From positions 6,016,001 to 6,080,000 of the forward strand of contig CM075992.1 of NCBI GenBank assembly GCA_038087875.1: 64,000 nt of DNA, in the 5' to 3' direction. The stretch's first letter is position 1, and every line of letters starts with the position of its first letter. This DNA is from Malacoraja senta. Lineage: Eukaryota. The notes under the pieces are model-generated. The model worked only from the letters and a program-made list of their open reading frames with translations, did not search any database and was not told where the DNA came from. Below are positions 36,871-49,415 of the stretch, piece after piece. Made by a program: the position numbers and the translations under genes.

Positions 36871-38001
36871 TTTATGAATATGGACAGGACAGGTTTGGAG
36901 GGATATGGACCAAATGCAGACAGGTGGGACTAGTGTAGCTGGGACATGTTGACCGGTGTGGGCAATTTGGGCCAAAGGGCCTGTTTCCACACTTTATCAT
37001 TCTATGACTAGGTCGGTAACAGCTGCATCATATTTGTTCTGTTCCCTTGCTGAGTCAGTGCCATACAGCACAGAAATAGACCCTTCGGCCTAATTTGTCC
37101 ATGTTGATCATGATGGCCCATCTACACTAGTCCCACACGTCTGTGTTTGGCCCATATCTTTCTAAACCTTTCCTAGTCCAATCTGAGTCCTTGAACATCG
37201 GCAAGTCTATGAACTCTTTCCTTTTCCTTTGGCTTCAACCATAGCGAGTCATACAGCATGGAAACAGGCCATTCAGCCCATCATAACCACACAAAGCCGT
37301 GGTCCAGCATCAGCATTAATGTGCTCTAGCTTTCTCGCTGCCTCAGGAGATGACACCAGATCTCCTGATATGCTGTTGTTGACATGCCCTGCAGTTTCTT
37401 AAGCAGGAACTAAAGGGCGTGCAGACACTAGGGCGTGCTTTCTCCGGGTGCTCTGGTTTCCTCCCAAATACCAAAGACGTACAGGTTTGTCGGTTAATTG
37501 GCTTTGGTAAAGTTTGTAAATTGTCCCGTAGTGTGTAGGATAGTGCTAGTCTACGGGCTGATTGATAGTCGGTGCGGACTCAGTGGGCCAAAAGGCCTGT
37601 TTCTGCGCTGTTTCTCTAAACTAAAACAAAACTGGCTTAAGGCCAATTGTGAGTGAGACAAATGAAACTATTTTTGGATTTCCAGTAGCTTCTGTTCCTG
37701 TGACCCTCTTCGCTGGAGTAACACATTCTCTCCTGTGGTCGCTAATCGTACTCCCTATCTCCACCCAATTGCATCGTGCCGATCACTGGGGAAGAAGCTG
37801 CTGGAATTACCGTGCTCCCAAGTCCCGGGATTTGAACTTTGAACTGTCCTCCCCAAACCACCTCCACCTCCCCTGGGACCGAACCCATGTTTGTATCCTC
37901 GTCCTGTCCAGGTAATCAGTCTCCCTGTCTAAATGACAACAGAGATATGGCCCTGAGATGCCCAACAAATACGTTTGATTATCTTTGCCTTGAGAATGGC
38001 A

Positions 38002-38023
38002 CAGGAAGAGAGTTTTCATTTCC
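38002..38023. promoter_or_regulatory. Ets site plus Ets-IRF composite-like element upstream of the EGF-domain gene
   Basis: CAGGAAG at 38002-38008; TTTCATTTCC at 38014-38023 equals GGAAnnGAAA on the minus strand, ~120 bp before the ATG. Confidence 0.4.
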
Positions 38024-38139
38024 TTTCCCCGTTGATTAGCTCGATGTGATGAAGAGATGAGATGGAGAATAAACTCTGGTGCTTTCAGAATCAGCTGACA
38101 CAGGAGCGGGTGAAGCTGCAGAGAATGAGTCCCGTCAAC

Positions 38140-38164
38140 ATGGGCCACTGTTTGCCCCTAATGG
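38140..38164 (+). CDS. Exon 1 of an EGF-TM7/ADGRE-like gene (MGHCLPLM; alternative in-frame ATG at 38125)
   Basis: AACATGG context; donor G|GTAAAT; phase 1 joins exon 39338 to give a signal-peptide-like N-terminus. Confidence 0.55.
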
Positions 38165-39337
38165 GTAAATATTCATTCCAATAATTCCCTTCCGCTCCCC
38201 ACTCCACTCTTTTCCCACTCTTTCCCTCCCCTCCTCTCAACTCCCTTCCTTCACATCCAACCCTTCCCATCTCCCAGTTCCCCTCCCTCTCTTGTCCAAT
38301 CTGTCCTCTCCTCCCACCCTCCCTCCGCCCTTTCCTTTCACCCCCCTCTCCTGACTCAGGGGCTGGGAGGGGAGGTGGGTGTGCGTCGAGAAGAGAGGGC
38401 ATGATGAGGTTTTCTTTTGGAGACTCCTGTTTACTCCCACATGCCAAAGATGTGTGTGGACTCTAGGGGTAGTTGATGAGAATGTGGGATTAATGAGAGA
38501 TGACTGTAGGCTGATGGTCAGCATAGACTCGGTGGGCCGAAGGGCCTATTCCCGTGTTGTGTCTCTCTGTGAATATTGGGCCAAGCCCCAGGGACACCTC
38601 CCTCACTCCCCGCTCTTCACATCATTGGAGGGCAGCAGGTTCCCACGGGCAGCCGGCAAGCCCAACAGTGCTGTACTCCACACACTGGGGGCCGTCCATT
38701 GGGGGGTCATTACTGGGGGCAATTTGGACCCTGGTCTATCGAGTAAATTGTAATTTGGGGGAAAAGGTCCATTGTCTTCTTTGCCGAGGAGACAGTCACC
38801 ATAATCTTCATTGGTAACAGCTATTTCACAGTGTTGTCCACAGCTCCCGTTAGCATTGATCAGGTTTAACTTTGTCGGAAGGTTTATCAATGAATCCCTA
38901 CCCCTGCTGGTCTTATAAAGTGTTGGACTGGGAGGGAGGGAGGGGAGAGGGGGTGGGTGTAGCAACAAGAAGCAGCCTTGGTAAAGCTGGGAGATGTCAC
39001 ACAAAATGACGACTTCTTTTGTTGACGATGTGAGAAAGTCGTGCAAAAACTGGAAGTCTTAAACAGGTGATATGGAGTCTCCTGAGCTTTAAACACCACA
39101 GTTGATAGTAGCGGTGTCTGCATTTTGGTAGTTGAGTACAAAGCACAGAGTGCTGAGTGTTCAGTGCCTTCGATCTACATCTCAGGAGGGGAGCCCATTG
39201 CCTTCAGCCAGTCTCCCTCCCATGGTCAATGTCAACGCTGGCCCATGCTGTATTGGGTTGTTGTCTTTTGTTTTCAGGAGAGAAGGAGCAAAACTGGGAG
39301 AACAAAAGTCTAACTGCTTAGTTTTGTTTCTTCCTAG

Positions 39338-39436
39338 TTGCCTTGAGCTGCAGTGTTTTCATGGTCGATCTATCCCAGGGTGCAACATGTTCACCCGGAT
39401 ATTATGAGGAACCAATGTTCAACAATCAGTGTATTG
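39338..39436 (+). CDS. Exon 2 of the ADGRE-like gene (VALSCSVFMVDLSQG ATCSPGYYEEPMFNNQCI)
   Basis: Acceptor gttttgtttcttcctag, donor G|GTGAGT, 99 nt phase 1-1; end of signal peptide plus a CxxGY..C half-EGF. Confidence 0.7.
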
Positions 39437-40534
39437 GTGAGTGCTAACTTGTCTCAGGTGACTGCTTTGTGCTTGAGATTAAAGTGGGGAACGCAGTCAG
39501 ATGAATGATTTTCATGAATGTATGCAGTATGTTTGTACGAGTGTATGCTTCTAATGTTTCTACTTAAGTGTGCATGTGTATAAGTATGTGCATAATTTGT
39601 TAAACTAAGATCTTATAGCATCGGGAGTAGACCATTCGGCCCCTCATTGCTGCTTGCCCGTTCAATGAGATGTCGGCTGGTTTTTTTTGCCACAGAGACA
39701 CTTCCCCGCTCTAACATCACACCCCTTGATTGTCTCATTGTCCAAACGTATATCGATCTTGACACGTCAACGCTGATCGTTGAAGAAATCATCGCTGCAT
39801 CCACCCTGTCAAGCCCTGTTATAACCATGCACACATCAGTGAGATATTTTGCACATATCCGTTCCTGCTTCATCTTTCCTCAGAGAGCAGCCCCTAGTCC
39901 AGCAGTCAGTCAATGAACCATTGCTGCCCTATTGTAAGGAGACCCTTCCTCAGGTACATAGACTAGACCCACACATGATATTCTAGCTCTGTCTCATCAG
40001 GGCCTTTTGTAATTGGAGCAAGACACCTTTACTCTTCTAGGTCAGGAGTTAGGAATAAGGAAGTTATGTTGCAGCTCGATAAGACTTTGGTTACCCTGAA
40101 TTTGGAGTACTGCAGACCCCATTACAGGAAGGATGCGGAGGTTTTGGAGAGGGTGCAGAAGAAATTTATATACCCGTTGGGACACGACGCCCCCCTCCCC
40201 CCCCCCCCCCCGCCGGGTTCCTCTTTGTTCTCCCGGTGGCCCTCCCCCCACACCGGGTCCCCCATTGATACCAAGTGCAGAATATACAGGCGTTACAGCA
40301 TTACAGAGAACATGTGGCTGGTCATGAGGTTGTACATTATTTTAATGCACATTTCTGCTGATAATTCTTGACCCTATTATCTCCGTACAATATCAACTGA
40401 CGTGTTGAACAAAGAGACTCACTGAGTAAGATCTGGTACAACTTAGTCTTTTAAAAAAGTTTTTATTACTTTAGTTCAGTTTATTGCCACATTTACCGAG
40501 GTACAGTGGAAAGATTTTGTTGCGTGCTAATTAG

Positions 40535-42046
40535 TAGCGATGTTACAAAAATTACCTGCAGCAGCGCTGCAGTTCTGCCACTGGCCGTGTGCGCAACTTT
40601 GGCGCCTTTTAGGGGGGTGGGGGGCAACACTAAAATGCCATTTTCTCCTGCTTATCGGAGGTGGACTTCCTCGGGCTGCTAGCTGCTGAAGAACAATTGA
40701 TCGGACTTCCGTTTCCGATTTTTAAATTTATTTAATTGCGAGACAATTTAATAATTCCATTAAAATAAAAAGCGATTTCTAACGCCCTTAAGGCGTACAA
40801 CGTGACAGATCGTTTGAACGGGACAAAACAAAATGTAAGTCGTGTATTTTACATATAAACTTGTTTCTTGGGATGGCTTTAATCAAATTTTACGATGCGA
40901 AAATTTGATTTGGGCCCCATACGAACCGGCAGTGTTTTTCCTGCCAATACGGGGTTCAAATTCACCGCAAATGCAACGTTCCAATCGATCACGTTCCAGA
41001 AAAACCCACTCGCAAGATGATTTAAATGCTCTTTTTTTGGGGACAATTATGTCATAAGAGCATCTAACTTGTCTATATTTTGTGTTATTGTCTACCCATA
41101 GTCAATATTTTTATACTAAATATCAGTTTTAGTCCCATGTATTGTGAACAAAATAATAATTTTAATTATATTGAGTGGATGTTTCTAGATTAATTTATGG
41201 GAATTAAACATTAAATTCCTTCCATCTGGCATATTAATTCATGACAGTGAGATTTTAGAAATCATGTTATATTGTGAATTCTTGTGTGAATGCGATTAGT
41301 TTGTTATTTGGATACTTAGGCTATTTTAAAATATATCCTTTTCTTCAGAAATGGAATCTACAGGACATTCTTAATGGGAAAGTAGTGGGCAGAAAGGCAT
41401 GTCATGTGTGGTTTGAAGAGCAAAAACTTGTAGTTTACAATGCCAAAATTGAAAAGTTGAGGAAAAACAAGGTGTACAGAGTTGCTTATTGGTTACAATC
41501 TGGGGAGTATGATGATGCTACTGATTATGATATGCCAATGTACCAGCTAGCAACTGATCTTTTCCAGATATACTTGGTCTATTGCTAGAAATTATAATGT
41601 ATTTACCTATCTGTTACGGATTTACAGCATATAATACAATAATATTAAAGTTCTGATCTTGAGAATATCACAGTTTATTACTATTTCCGTTACAACGGTC
41701 AATTTTGTAATTAATTACAATTAGGTAATTAACTAATTATATGCTTTAATTTCAGGTCATCCAAGTAAGATGTTTTATATTTGTTTCAGAATGCTTCAAT
41801 CTATAATAACTGAAAATGTCATTCAGTTCTCTTGATTTTTAAGAAAGTTATGGGCTTTTGACTGTCCTCGATCACAGCTTTTGTGTTAAGTCAATGGAAA
41901 AGCAATAGGGAACAAGATGCTAATTTCCAAGTATGACAATGGCCATAACTTTTTTAATACTGAAGATTTGAAAGTGAATTAGGTGTCAAATTAAACTTCT
42001 TTTTATGCTTTATCTGATGGGATCTCAAAATGTTGTAACATTTCTA
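40535..42046 (+). mobile_element. Non-autonomous TIR DNA transposon (hAT-like termini) with a terminal-exon remnant
   Basis: TIRs TAGCGATGTTACAA / TAGAAATGTTACAA (reverse complement); duplication taattag at 40528-40534 and 42047-42053; acceptor at 41348 then an open frame to 41588. Confidence 0.75.
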
Positions 42047-42083
42047 TAATTAGTACCTAAGTCACCTACACATGCCAGCACAT

Positions 42084-45000
42084 TATTTTACTTTGGAGTC
42101 ACATGAGTGACTACGTGAAGAAGACACGTCAGGGCGCATGTGCGTCATTACGTCTGACGCATTGGCGCACGGACCAGCGGGAGGACAGAGCTCCTCCTGT
42201 GGTAAGTACTTTTAAAGTACTTTTAAAGTAGTTTTAAAACACCAGCTAAGTTGGAAACTTAGCTGGAGTGAAAAGTTCCTTTGCTGTGGTGCCGTGCTCT
42301 GTGTTTTTTGTTACAGGCAGCACCATGGTGAAGACGAGCAGGGGGAGGGCAGCCGCAGGTAAAGCATAGGAGAGCTGTGGGAATGCGGTCTGTGAGCGGC
42401 TACCTCGTACCCCTGCACAGTCGCCGACCGCGAGCGGGGCGACTTCAGACTTAGTGCTAAAAAGCACCAAAGCCAACGCCAGTCGGGCGTAAGGCACGGG
42501 GAAGTCTGAGAGGCCCTCGGACTCAACTGAGTCGGTCCACAACGAGCCTGTACGGGGCTGGAGACGTTTTTTAAACGATTCTCCCAAATGGAGCACCTCA
42601 TACAGAGGTTGCTCCAGAAACGCACACTCCGGGGGGAGGAGTCGTGTGGGCGGTAGGCTGCAGAAAGGCCGCGCCGGCAGCACCTGGTAGAGGGCTGCTT
42701 AAAGCACCCTCATGCATAAGGTGAGTGCAGAGGGTCAGCTAAGTTCTGACCCGGACTCTGACGGAGACTTGGAACTTAGCGAAGAACGGCCGTTGTCAGA
42801 GGTCCATTCTCTGGCAGCACGATTCGCTGTCCCGTCAGAGTATGGAGTGCCACTGGGAAAGCGAAGACGGCCGTTGTCAGAGTTCCCATCTCTCGCAGTA
42901 CGATTCGCTGTCCAGTCAGAGTCTGGAATCACCAAGAAACAGGAGCCCGGGGTAACTGCGAGTTGCTGAAGGTGCCAGCAGTGAACCGGGTGATATGGAG
43001 CCAGATGGGCATGGGCGTGCAGTGCCCAGGAGATGAAGCTGCAGAGAATCCTGAAATTACTTGGCTCAGGAATCACGGCGTTCGCGAGAACGGTGGATGG
43101 AGGGCATATGTCGGAGACGCAGCAAGAGGTACTAGGGTTGCTTTGTAGCACCCATTTTTAGATAAATTGTCTCAGGGAAAGAGGCGCAGGTGCATTCTGC
43201 AGCGGGAACATGGTCAAACATCGGCTTTCCCGCCAGGAGCCGGGGACAACGTCATCCACCAGGTACCAAGGAGGTAGGTGGGCCTGGTTCTCAGGTGCAC
43301 ATATCAAATGTGACACAACTTAAATCTGTGGTACAGTACATCTGTTCTGGGATGAATGGAAGCAAATTACCTCAGCTCTGTTTATACAGAGTGTTATTCA
43401 AAGGTTTCGAATGGATTTCAATCCAAATTGTGATTTGCACATTCAGCATGTTCCTGGGAGAACTATTCAGTTTTCGTTAACAGAACAGATGGATGTTTAG
43501 ACTGCGCTTGGAAGCTTATGTGATAAAGGTGTAATTGTAAAGTTGGTTTAGCAACCCCATCAATTTGTGTCTAATATTTTCCCAGGCCAAAAAAGGATGG
43601 GGGATGTAGTATAGACATTGTAAGATGGAATTGTCACTGCCAAGCAACTGGGTCAAGAGGATGCTATATGGTTACTATAGAGCTTAAAGATGCGCATTAC
43701 TCAATGTCTGTTTATTTGCAGGATAAGGATATTTGAAATTCACCTGGATGGATCAACTATGGCAACAAAATTGTTAAAAACCTATAATAGGCATGCTGAG
43801 AGGCCAGGGTCAGGTGCTCATGGCTTACCTCGATGATATCTTGATTACAGGGGTATCCAAGAGAACAGCTGAAGTAACCGGTGGTAGTTGTTAAATCCAA
43901 TTTTCAAAGATCGGGCATTAATCATCCAGAGAAATCCAAATTAACACCTGACCATTTGGGTCACAATTGATTCAATTAAGTGACTCTGCCCAGGGAAAAG
44001 GGGTAGAGCTAATTGACAGCTGTATCAAGCTAATGGAGGCATTAAGGATACATTCGGGTCATTATAATAGACCTATGCAGTTATCAGTAAAGGCTATTTC
44101 TGATTTGCAATGGTGGATTCACCATGTGTCCATGAGTTATAGCAAGGTAATGCTTGACCAGCCTTCCATGATTTTGCAGATGAATGTCAGTGCACTCGGG
44201 TGGGGTGTCACGGATACAAATTTCAGCTGTGGAGGCAGATGGACTGAGCAAGAGGCATCGCTTCTGAAGACATGGGCAATTAACTATTAAGAGGTTTTTA
44301 TGGATAAGGCTTATTGCTCTAACAAATGTAATCTGCATGTTCAGTTTCAGATTGACAATACTACATATATATTAATCACATCGGTGGAATCAAGTCGGTA
44401 ACTTGTATCTTGTTTCATCTGATTGATTGATGAAAGGAATTTCAACTCTAAACCTCCTAAACCCAGGTATATGGCGATCTGGGATGTAAGTGTGGTCCTC
44501 AAGATGCTTCGACAGTAGGTTCCTGTCACGTCTCTGAATTTGCCAAACTAATCATGAAAGTGGTTATGCTCATGGCATTGGTTCAGCATAGCAAGTGAAG
44601 ATTTTGCAAAAGCATCTGCTAGACAGGATGGAAGTTGCTGAAGAGAATGTTATATATTTGCGTCCTGCTCAAACAGAGCAGGCCAGGTGTCACAGGTTTG
44701 TTAAAATTGTGTTTCAGCATAACCTACTGATCCATGTTTATGTGTAATGGCACATTTATTTTCATTATATTGAAGCTATAAAGACCTTAAGAAATGTGGA
44801 AACAGCATTGTTTATCAGTTACATGTAGCCACACAGGAGAATGTCAGTGCAGACTATCTCAAGGTGGTTTAAAACAAATGATGGTTCAGGCAGGTATTAA
44901 CACTGAAGTGTATATATCCTTTGCCACTAGTGCAGCAGCAAGGTCATCGGCTGGGGCGATGGATGTTCCCATCGGCCATATTCTTACAGGTGCCAGGTGG

Positions 45001-45602
45001 TCAAATGAATTGTTTTTTTAAATTCTTTACCATCGACCGATTGCCGATCGGCGAGAGGCTGTTTGCAAATTCAGTATTAAGTCCTGTTTAGTTTCCCCTG
45101 GGATAGAGGGGTTACTGTTTGTTTTGATTATTCAAATCAATTGTTATTGCATGATATTCAAATTTCATGTTTAACGCATTATTGATTGTTTCTCATCCGA
45201 AGTCAATCAATGCAGTGAGAAGCCGGGATTTGAATCTTCGGCATAAAATCACAGAGCTTTGAACTCTTCACGTAGTCACTAACGTGACTCCGAAGTAAAA
45301 TAGTAAGATTAAACGAGAACTTACCAGTTTGAAGTTTGATCTTTATTTTATGAGGTGTTACGTTGGTGATTACGTGCCCGCCACGCCCAACCCTCTCTCA
45401 TAAAAAGGTCATATGGTAGTTCTCATGTTGCTCATCTTATTATGTTACTTCACATATTGTGTTATCTGTGATTTCATACCGCTGCTTTGAAGATTGACGC
45501 GCATGCGCCCTGACGGGTCTTCTTCACGTAATCACCAACGTAACACTTCATAAAATAAAGATCAAACTTCAAACTGGTATGTTCTCGTTTAATCTTACTA
45601 TT
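42084..45602 (+). mobile_element. DIRS1-type tyrosine-recombinase retrotransposon with intact termini and decayed ORFs
   Basis: Left ITR from 42086, ICR ~45266-45376, right ITR/extension ~45495-45602; gag, RT (AYLDDILI), RNase H and YR remnants. Confidence 0.9.
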
Positions 45603-45789
45603 AATGTGCAATAACGGCACATTTAATTCACTTTCAACTAATTATTTATTACACTAAATCACAATAATCGCAGCTTAGATTTAAATACTCCCCATGCGAG
45701 GTGGACTGGCCAGACTTACATCCATGGAGGTTGTCATTTTCTCTGAACTCCAAGCACAGAGTATTCCTTCTGCAATGACTGTTCCCAAA

Positions 45790-45870
45790 TTTTCACGGTC
45801 GTTCTATCCCAGAGTAAAACATGTCCAGCAGGTCATCAAGTTGATCCAAATGACAAAACCCAGCGTATAG
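45790..45870 (+). pseudogene. Truncated paralogous copy of exon 2 (FTVVLSQSKTCPAGHQVDPNDKTQRI)
   Basis: Aligns with 39357-39436 plus ~50 nt of downstream intron; homologous acceptor absent; last Cys changed to Arg. Confidence 0.7.
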
Positions 45871-46087
45871 GTGAGTGTTAAATTGTCTCAGGTGACTACT
45901 GTTTGCCTGATATTAAAGTGGTGGTGAGGACAGGGAGAGGGAGGCAGAGAGAGGGAGAGAGGGAGAGAGAGAGAGAGACAGACAGAGACAGAGAGAGAGA
46001 GAGCGCAGGAGTAGGCCATTCGGCCTTTCGAGCCAGCACCGCCTTTCAATATGATCATGGCTGATCATCCAAAATCAGTACCCCGTT

Positions 46088-46804
46088 CCTGCTTTCTCCC
46101 CATATCCTCTGATTACAATTCCACTTCCTGATCCCCAGCTCTCACAGGATCCAAGGTCACGTTCTCACTTGCAGCCCCCGTGCGGAGCCGTGGAGGATAT
46201 TTACTTGCCTTGGTTGCTCCAACAGCTCCTTCCAAACCTGTGACCATTATCACCGTAGGAAAAGGGCTTCAGTTACTGGGAACACCACCACCCGAAGGTT
46301 CCCCTACAAGTCATTCACAATCCTGATTTGGAAACTGTTTGCTGATCCTTCGTCATTACTGGGTCTAAATCATGGACCTCACCTTGTGAGCAACTAATAT
46401 TCTGTTCCTTGAGCCGAGACACAACCAGTTCCTCACCACCAACACACTCGCTGCTCTGGCTGAATTCATTCTCACATTCAACAACTTGTCCCACAACTGA
46501 GCACAAGCTACACCTGCACCTTCACTGAGATAGATGGAGCAGTCCTTCTTTCAGTCTCTCCCCCTCAACTCTTTCTCCATGGCTGCACAGGTGCTGTTCT
46601 CCGCACGTTACAGAAAGTGGACATATTCAATTTGTTTTACTCCAGTTTCCCTGGTGCTCTGTTGAAACAAGGAACTGCAGTTGCTGGTTTAAAAAAGAAG
46701 AAAGAAAGTGCGGTGGTAACTCAACAGGTCAGGTAGCATCTCTTGAAAACCGCCACGAACGTCTTTTCGCAATTTGAGAAGGAGAAGGTTAAATCGGAAG
46801 TGTC
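46088..46804 (+). repeat. Local segmental duplication, copy 1 (copy 2 at ~51478-52189)
   Basis: Near-identical ~700 bp including the same CR1 5' junction. Confidence 0.9.
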
Positions 46805-49017
46805 AGTGATGCAGTTGAACAAAGGGGACTATGAAGGCATGAGAGAGGAGCTGGCCAAGGTAGACTGGAAAGGGATGCTAGCAGGAATGACGGTGGAACA
46901 GCAATGGCAGAATTTCTGGGCATAATCCCTAAGACGCAGAATCATTTCATTCCAAAAAGGAAGATTCTAAGGGGAGTAGGAGGTAACCGTGGCTGACAAG
47001 AGAAGTTAGGGATAGAATAAAACGAAAAGAAAAGATGTATAACACAGCAAAGAGTAGCCGGAAGCCAGAGAATTAGGAAACTTTCATAGGACAACAGAAG
47101 GAAACAAAATGGGCAATATGGGCTGAAAAGATGAAGTACGAGATGGCCAGGAATATAAAGAAGGACAGTAAAAGCTTCTTTAGATATGTTAAGGGAAAAA
47201 GAATAGTCAAGTCAAATGTGGGTCCCTTGAAGGCAGACACAGGTGAAATTATTATGGGGAACAAGGAAATGGCAGAAGAGTTGAACAGGTACTTCGGATC
47301 TGTCTTCACTGAGGAAGACACAAACAATCTCACAGAAGTACTGGAGGACAGAGGGTCTAAGGGGGTAGAGGAACTGAAAGAAATTTTCATGAGGCGAGAA
47401 ATAGTATTGAGTAGGCTAATGGGACTGAAGGATGATAAATCCCCTGGGCCTGATGGTCTGCATCCTGGGGTCCTCAGGGAGGTGGCTCTAGAAATAGTGG
47501 ACGCATTGGTGATCATTTTCCAATGTTCAATAGATTTAGGATCAGTTCCTGTGGATTGGACGATAGCTAATGTTATCCCACTTTTCAAGAAAGGAGCGAG
47601 AGAGAAAATGGGGAATTACAGACCAGTTAGCCTGACTTCGGTGGTGGGAAAGATGCTGGAGTCAATTATTAAAGAGGTAATAATGGGGCATTTGGATAGC
47701 AGTAAAAGGATTAGTCCAAGTCAACATGGATTTATGAAAGGGGAATCATGCTTGACTAATCTTCTGGAATTTTATGAAGATGTGACAAGTAAAATGGATG
47801 AAGGGGAGCCAGTGGATGTAGTGTATCTAGACTTTCGGAAAGCCTTTGATAAGGTCCCGCACGGGAGACTGGTGACTAAAATTAGAGCACATGGTATTGG
47901 GGGTAGGGTGTTGACATGGATAGAAAATTGGTTGGATGACAGGAAGGAAAGAGTAGGAATGGGTCCTTTTCAGAATGGCAGGCAGTGGCGAGTGGAGTGC
48001 CGCAAGGCTCGGTGTTGGGGCCGCAACTGTTTACCATATATATTAATGATTTGGAAGAGGGAATTAGGAGCAACACTAGCAAGTTTGCGGATGAGACAAA
48101 ACTGGGTGGAAGTGTGAAATGTGAAGAGGATGTTAGGTGGTTGCAGGGTGACCTGGACAGGTTGAGTGAGTGGGCAGATGCGTGGCAGATGCAGTATAAT
48201 ATAGATAAATGTGAGTTATCCACTTTGGTGGCAAAAACAAGGGGGCAGATTATTATGTCAATGGGGTTTGGTTAGGTAAGGGGGAGGTACAGCGAGACCT
48301 GAGTGTCCTTGTACACCGGTCACTGAAAGTTAGCGTGCAGGTACAGCAGGCAGTGAAGAAAGCTAATGGAATGATGGCCTTCATAACAAGAGGATTTCAG
48401 TATAGGAGTAGAGAGGTTCTTCTGCAGTTGTATAGGGCTCTGGTAAGACCACATCTGGAGTATTGTGTACAGTTTTGGTCTCCTAATTTGAGGAAGGACA
48501 TCCTTGTGATTGAGGCAGTGCAGCGTAGGTTCACGAGATTGATCCCTGGGATGGCGGGACTGTCATATGAGGAAAGATTGAAAAGACTAGGCGTATTCAC
48601 TGCAGTTTAGAAGGATGAGGGGGGGATCTTATAGAAACATATACAATTATAAAAGGACTGGACAAGCTAGATGCAGGCAAAATGTTCCCAATGTTGGGTG
48701 AGTCCAGAACCAGGGGCCACAGTCTTAGAATAAAAGGGAGGCCATTTAAGACTGAGGTGAGTAAAACCTTTTTCACCCAGAGAGTTGTGAATTTGTGGAA
48801 TTCCCTGCCACAGTGGGCAGTGGAGGCCAAATCAGTGGATGGATTTAAGAGAGAGTTAGATAGAGCTCTAGGGGCTAGTGGAATCAAGGGATACGGGGAG
48901 AAGGCAGGCACGGGTTATTGATTGGGGACGATCAGCCATGATCACAATGAATGGCGGTGCTGGCTCGAAGGGCTGAATGGCCTCCTCCTGCACCTATTTT
49001 CTATGTTTCTATGTTTC
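46770..49017 (+). mobile_element. CR1 LINE, 5'-truncated, frameshifted ORF2
   Basis: ORFs 47131-48117, 47985-48275, 48335-48610, 48682-48921; ctatgttt tail. Confidence 0.95.
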
Positions 49018-49380
49018 TTCCACGGTGATCTCACCTTCTCCCAGTCCTTCTCAGGAACTCCCCTTCGCATCTGGATCTCAGGAGAGAAGCCATTCACGTA
49101 CATCCTTTGTAATCTATGAATCTCCACAGCTTTCTTTACCTTAACGTGTAGGAAGGAACTGCAGATGGTGGTTTACACCAAAGATAGACACAAAATGCTG
49201 GAGTAACTCAACGGGACCGGCAGCATCACTGGAGAGGGGGAATGGGTGACGTTTCAGACGGAGGAAGAGTCTTGACCCAAAATGTCACCTATTCCTTCTC
49301 TCCAGAGACACTACCTGTCCCGCTGAGTTATCTTTATCTTAGTCCCTCCTTCGCATACACCTACACACACGTGCACACAT

Positions 49381-49415
<35 letters not shown>

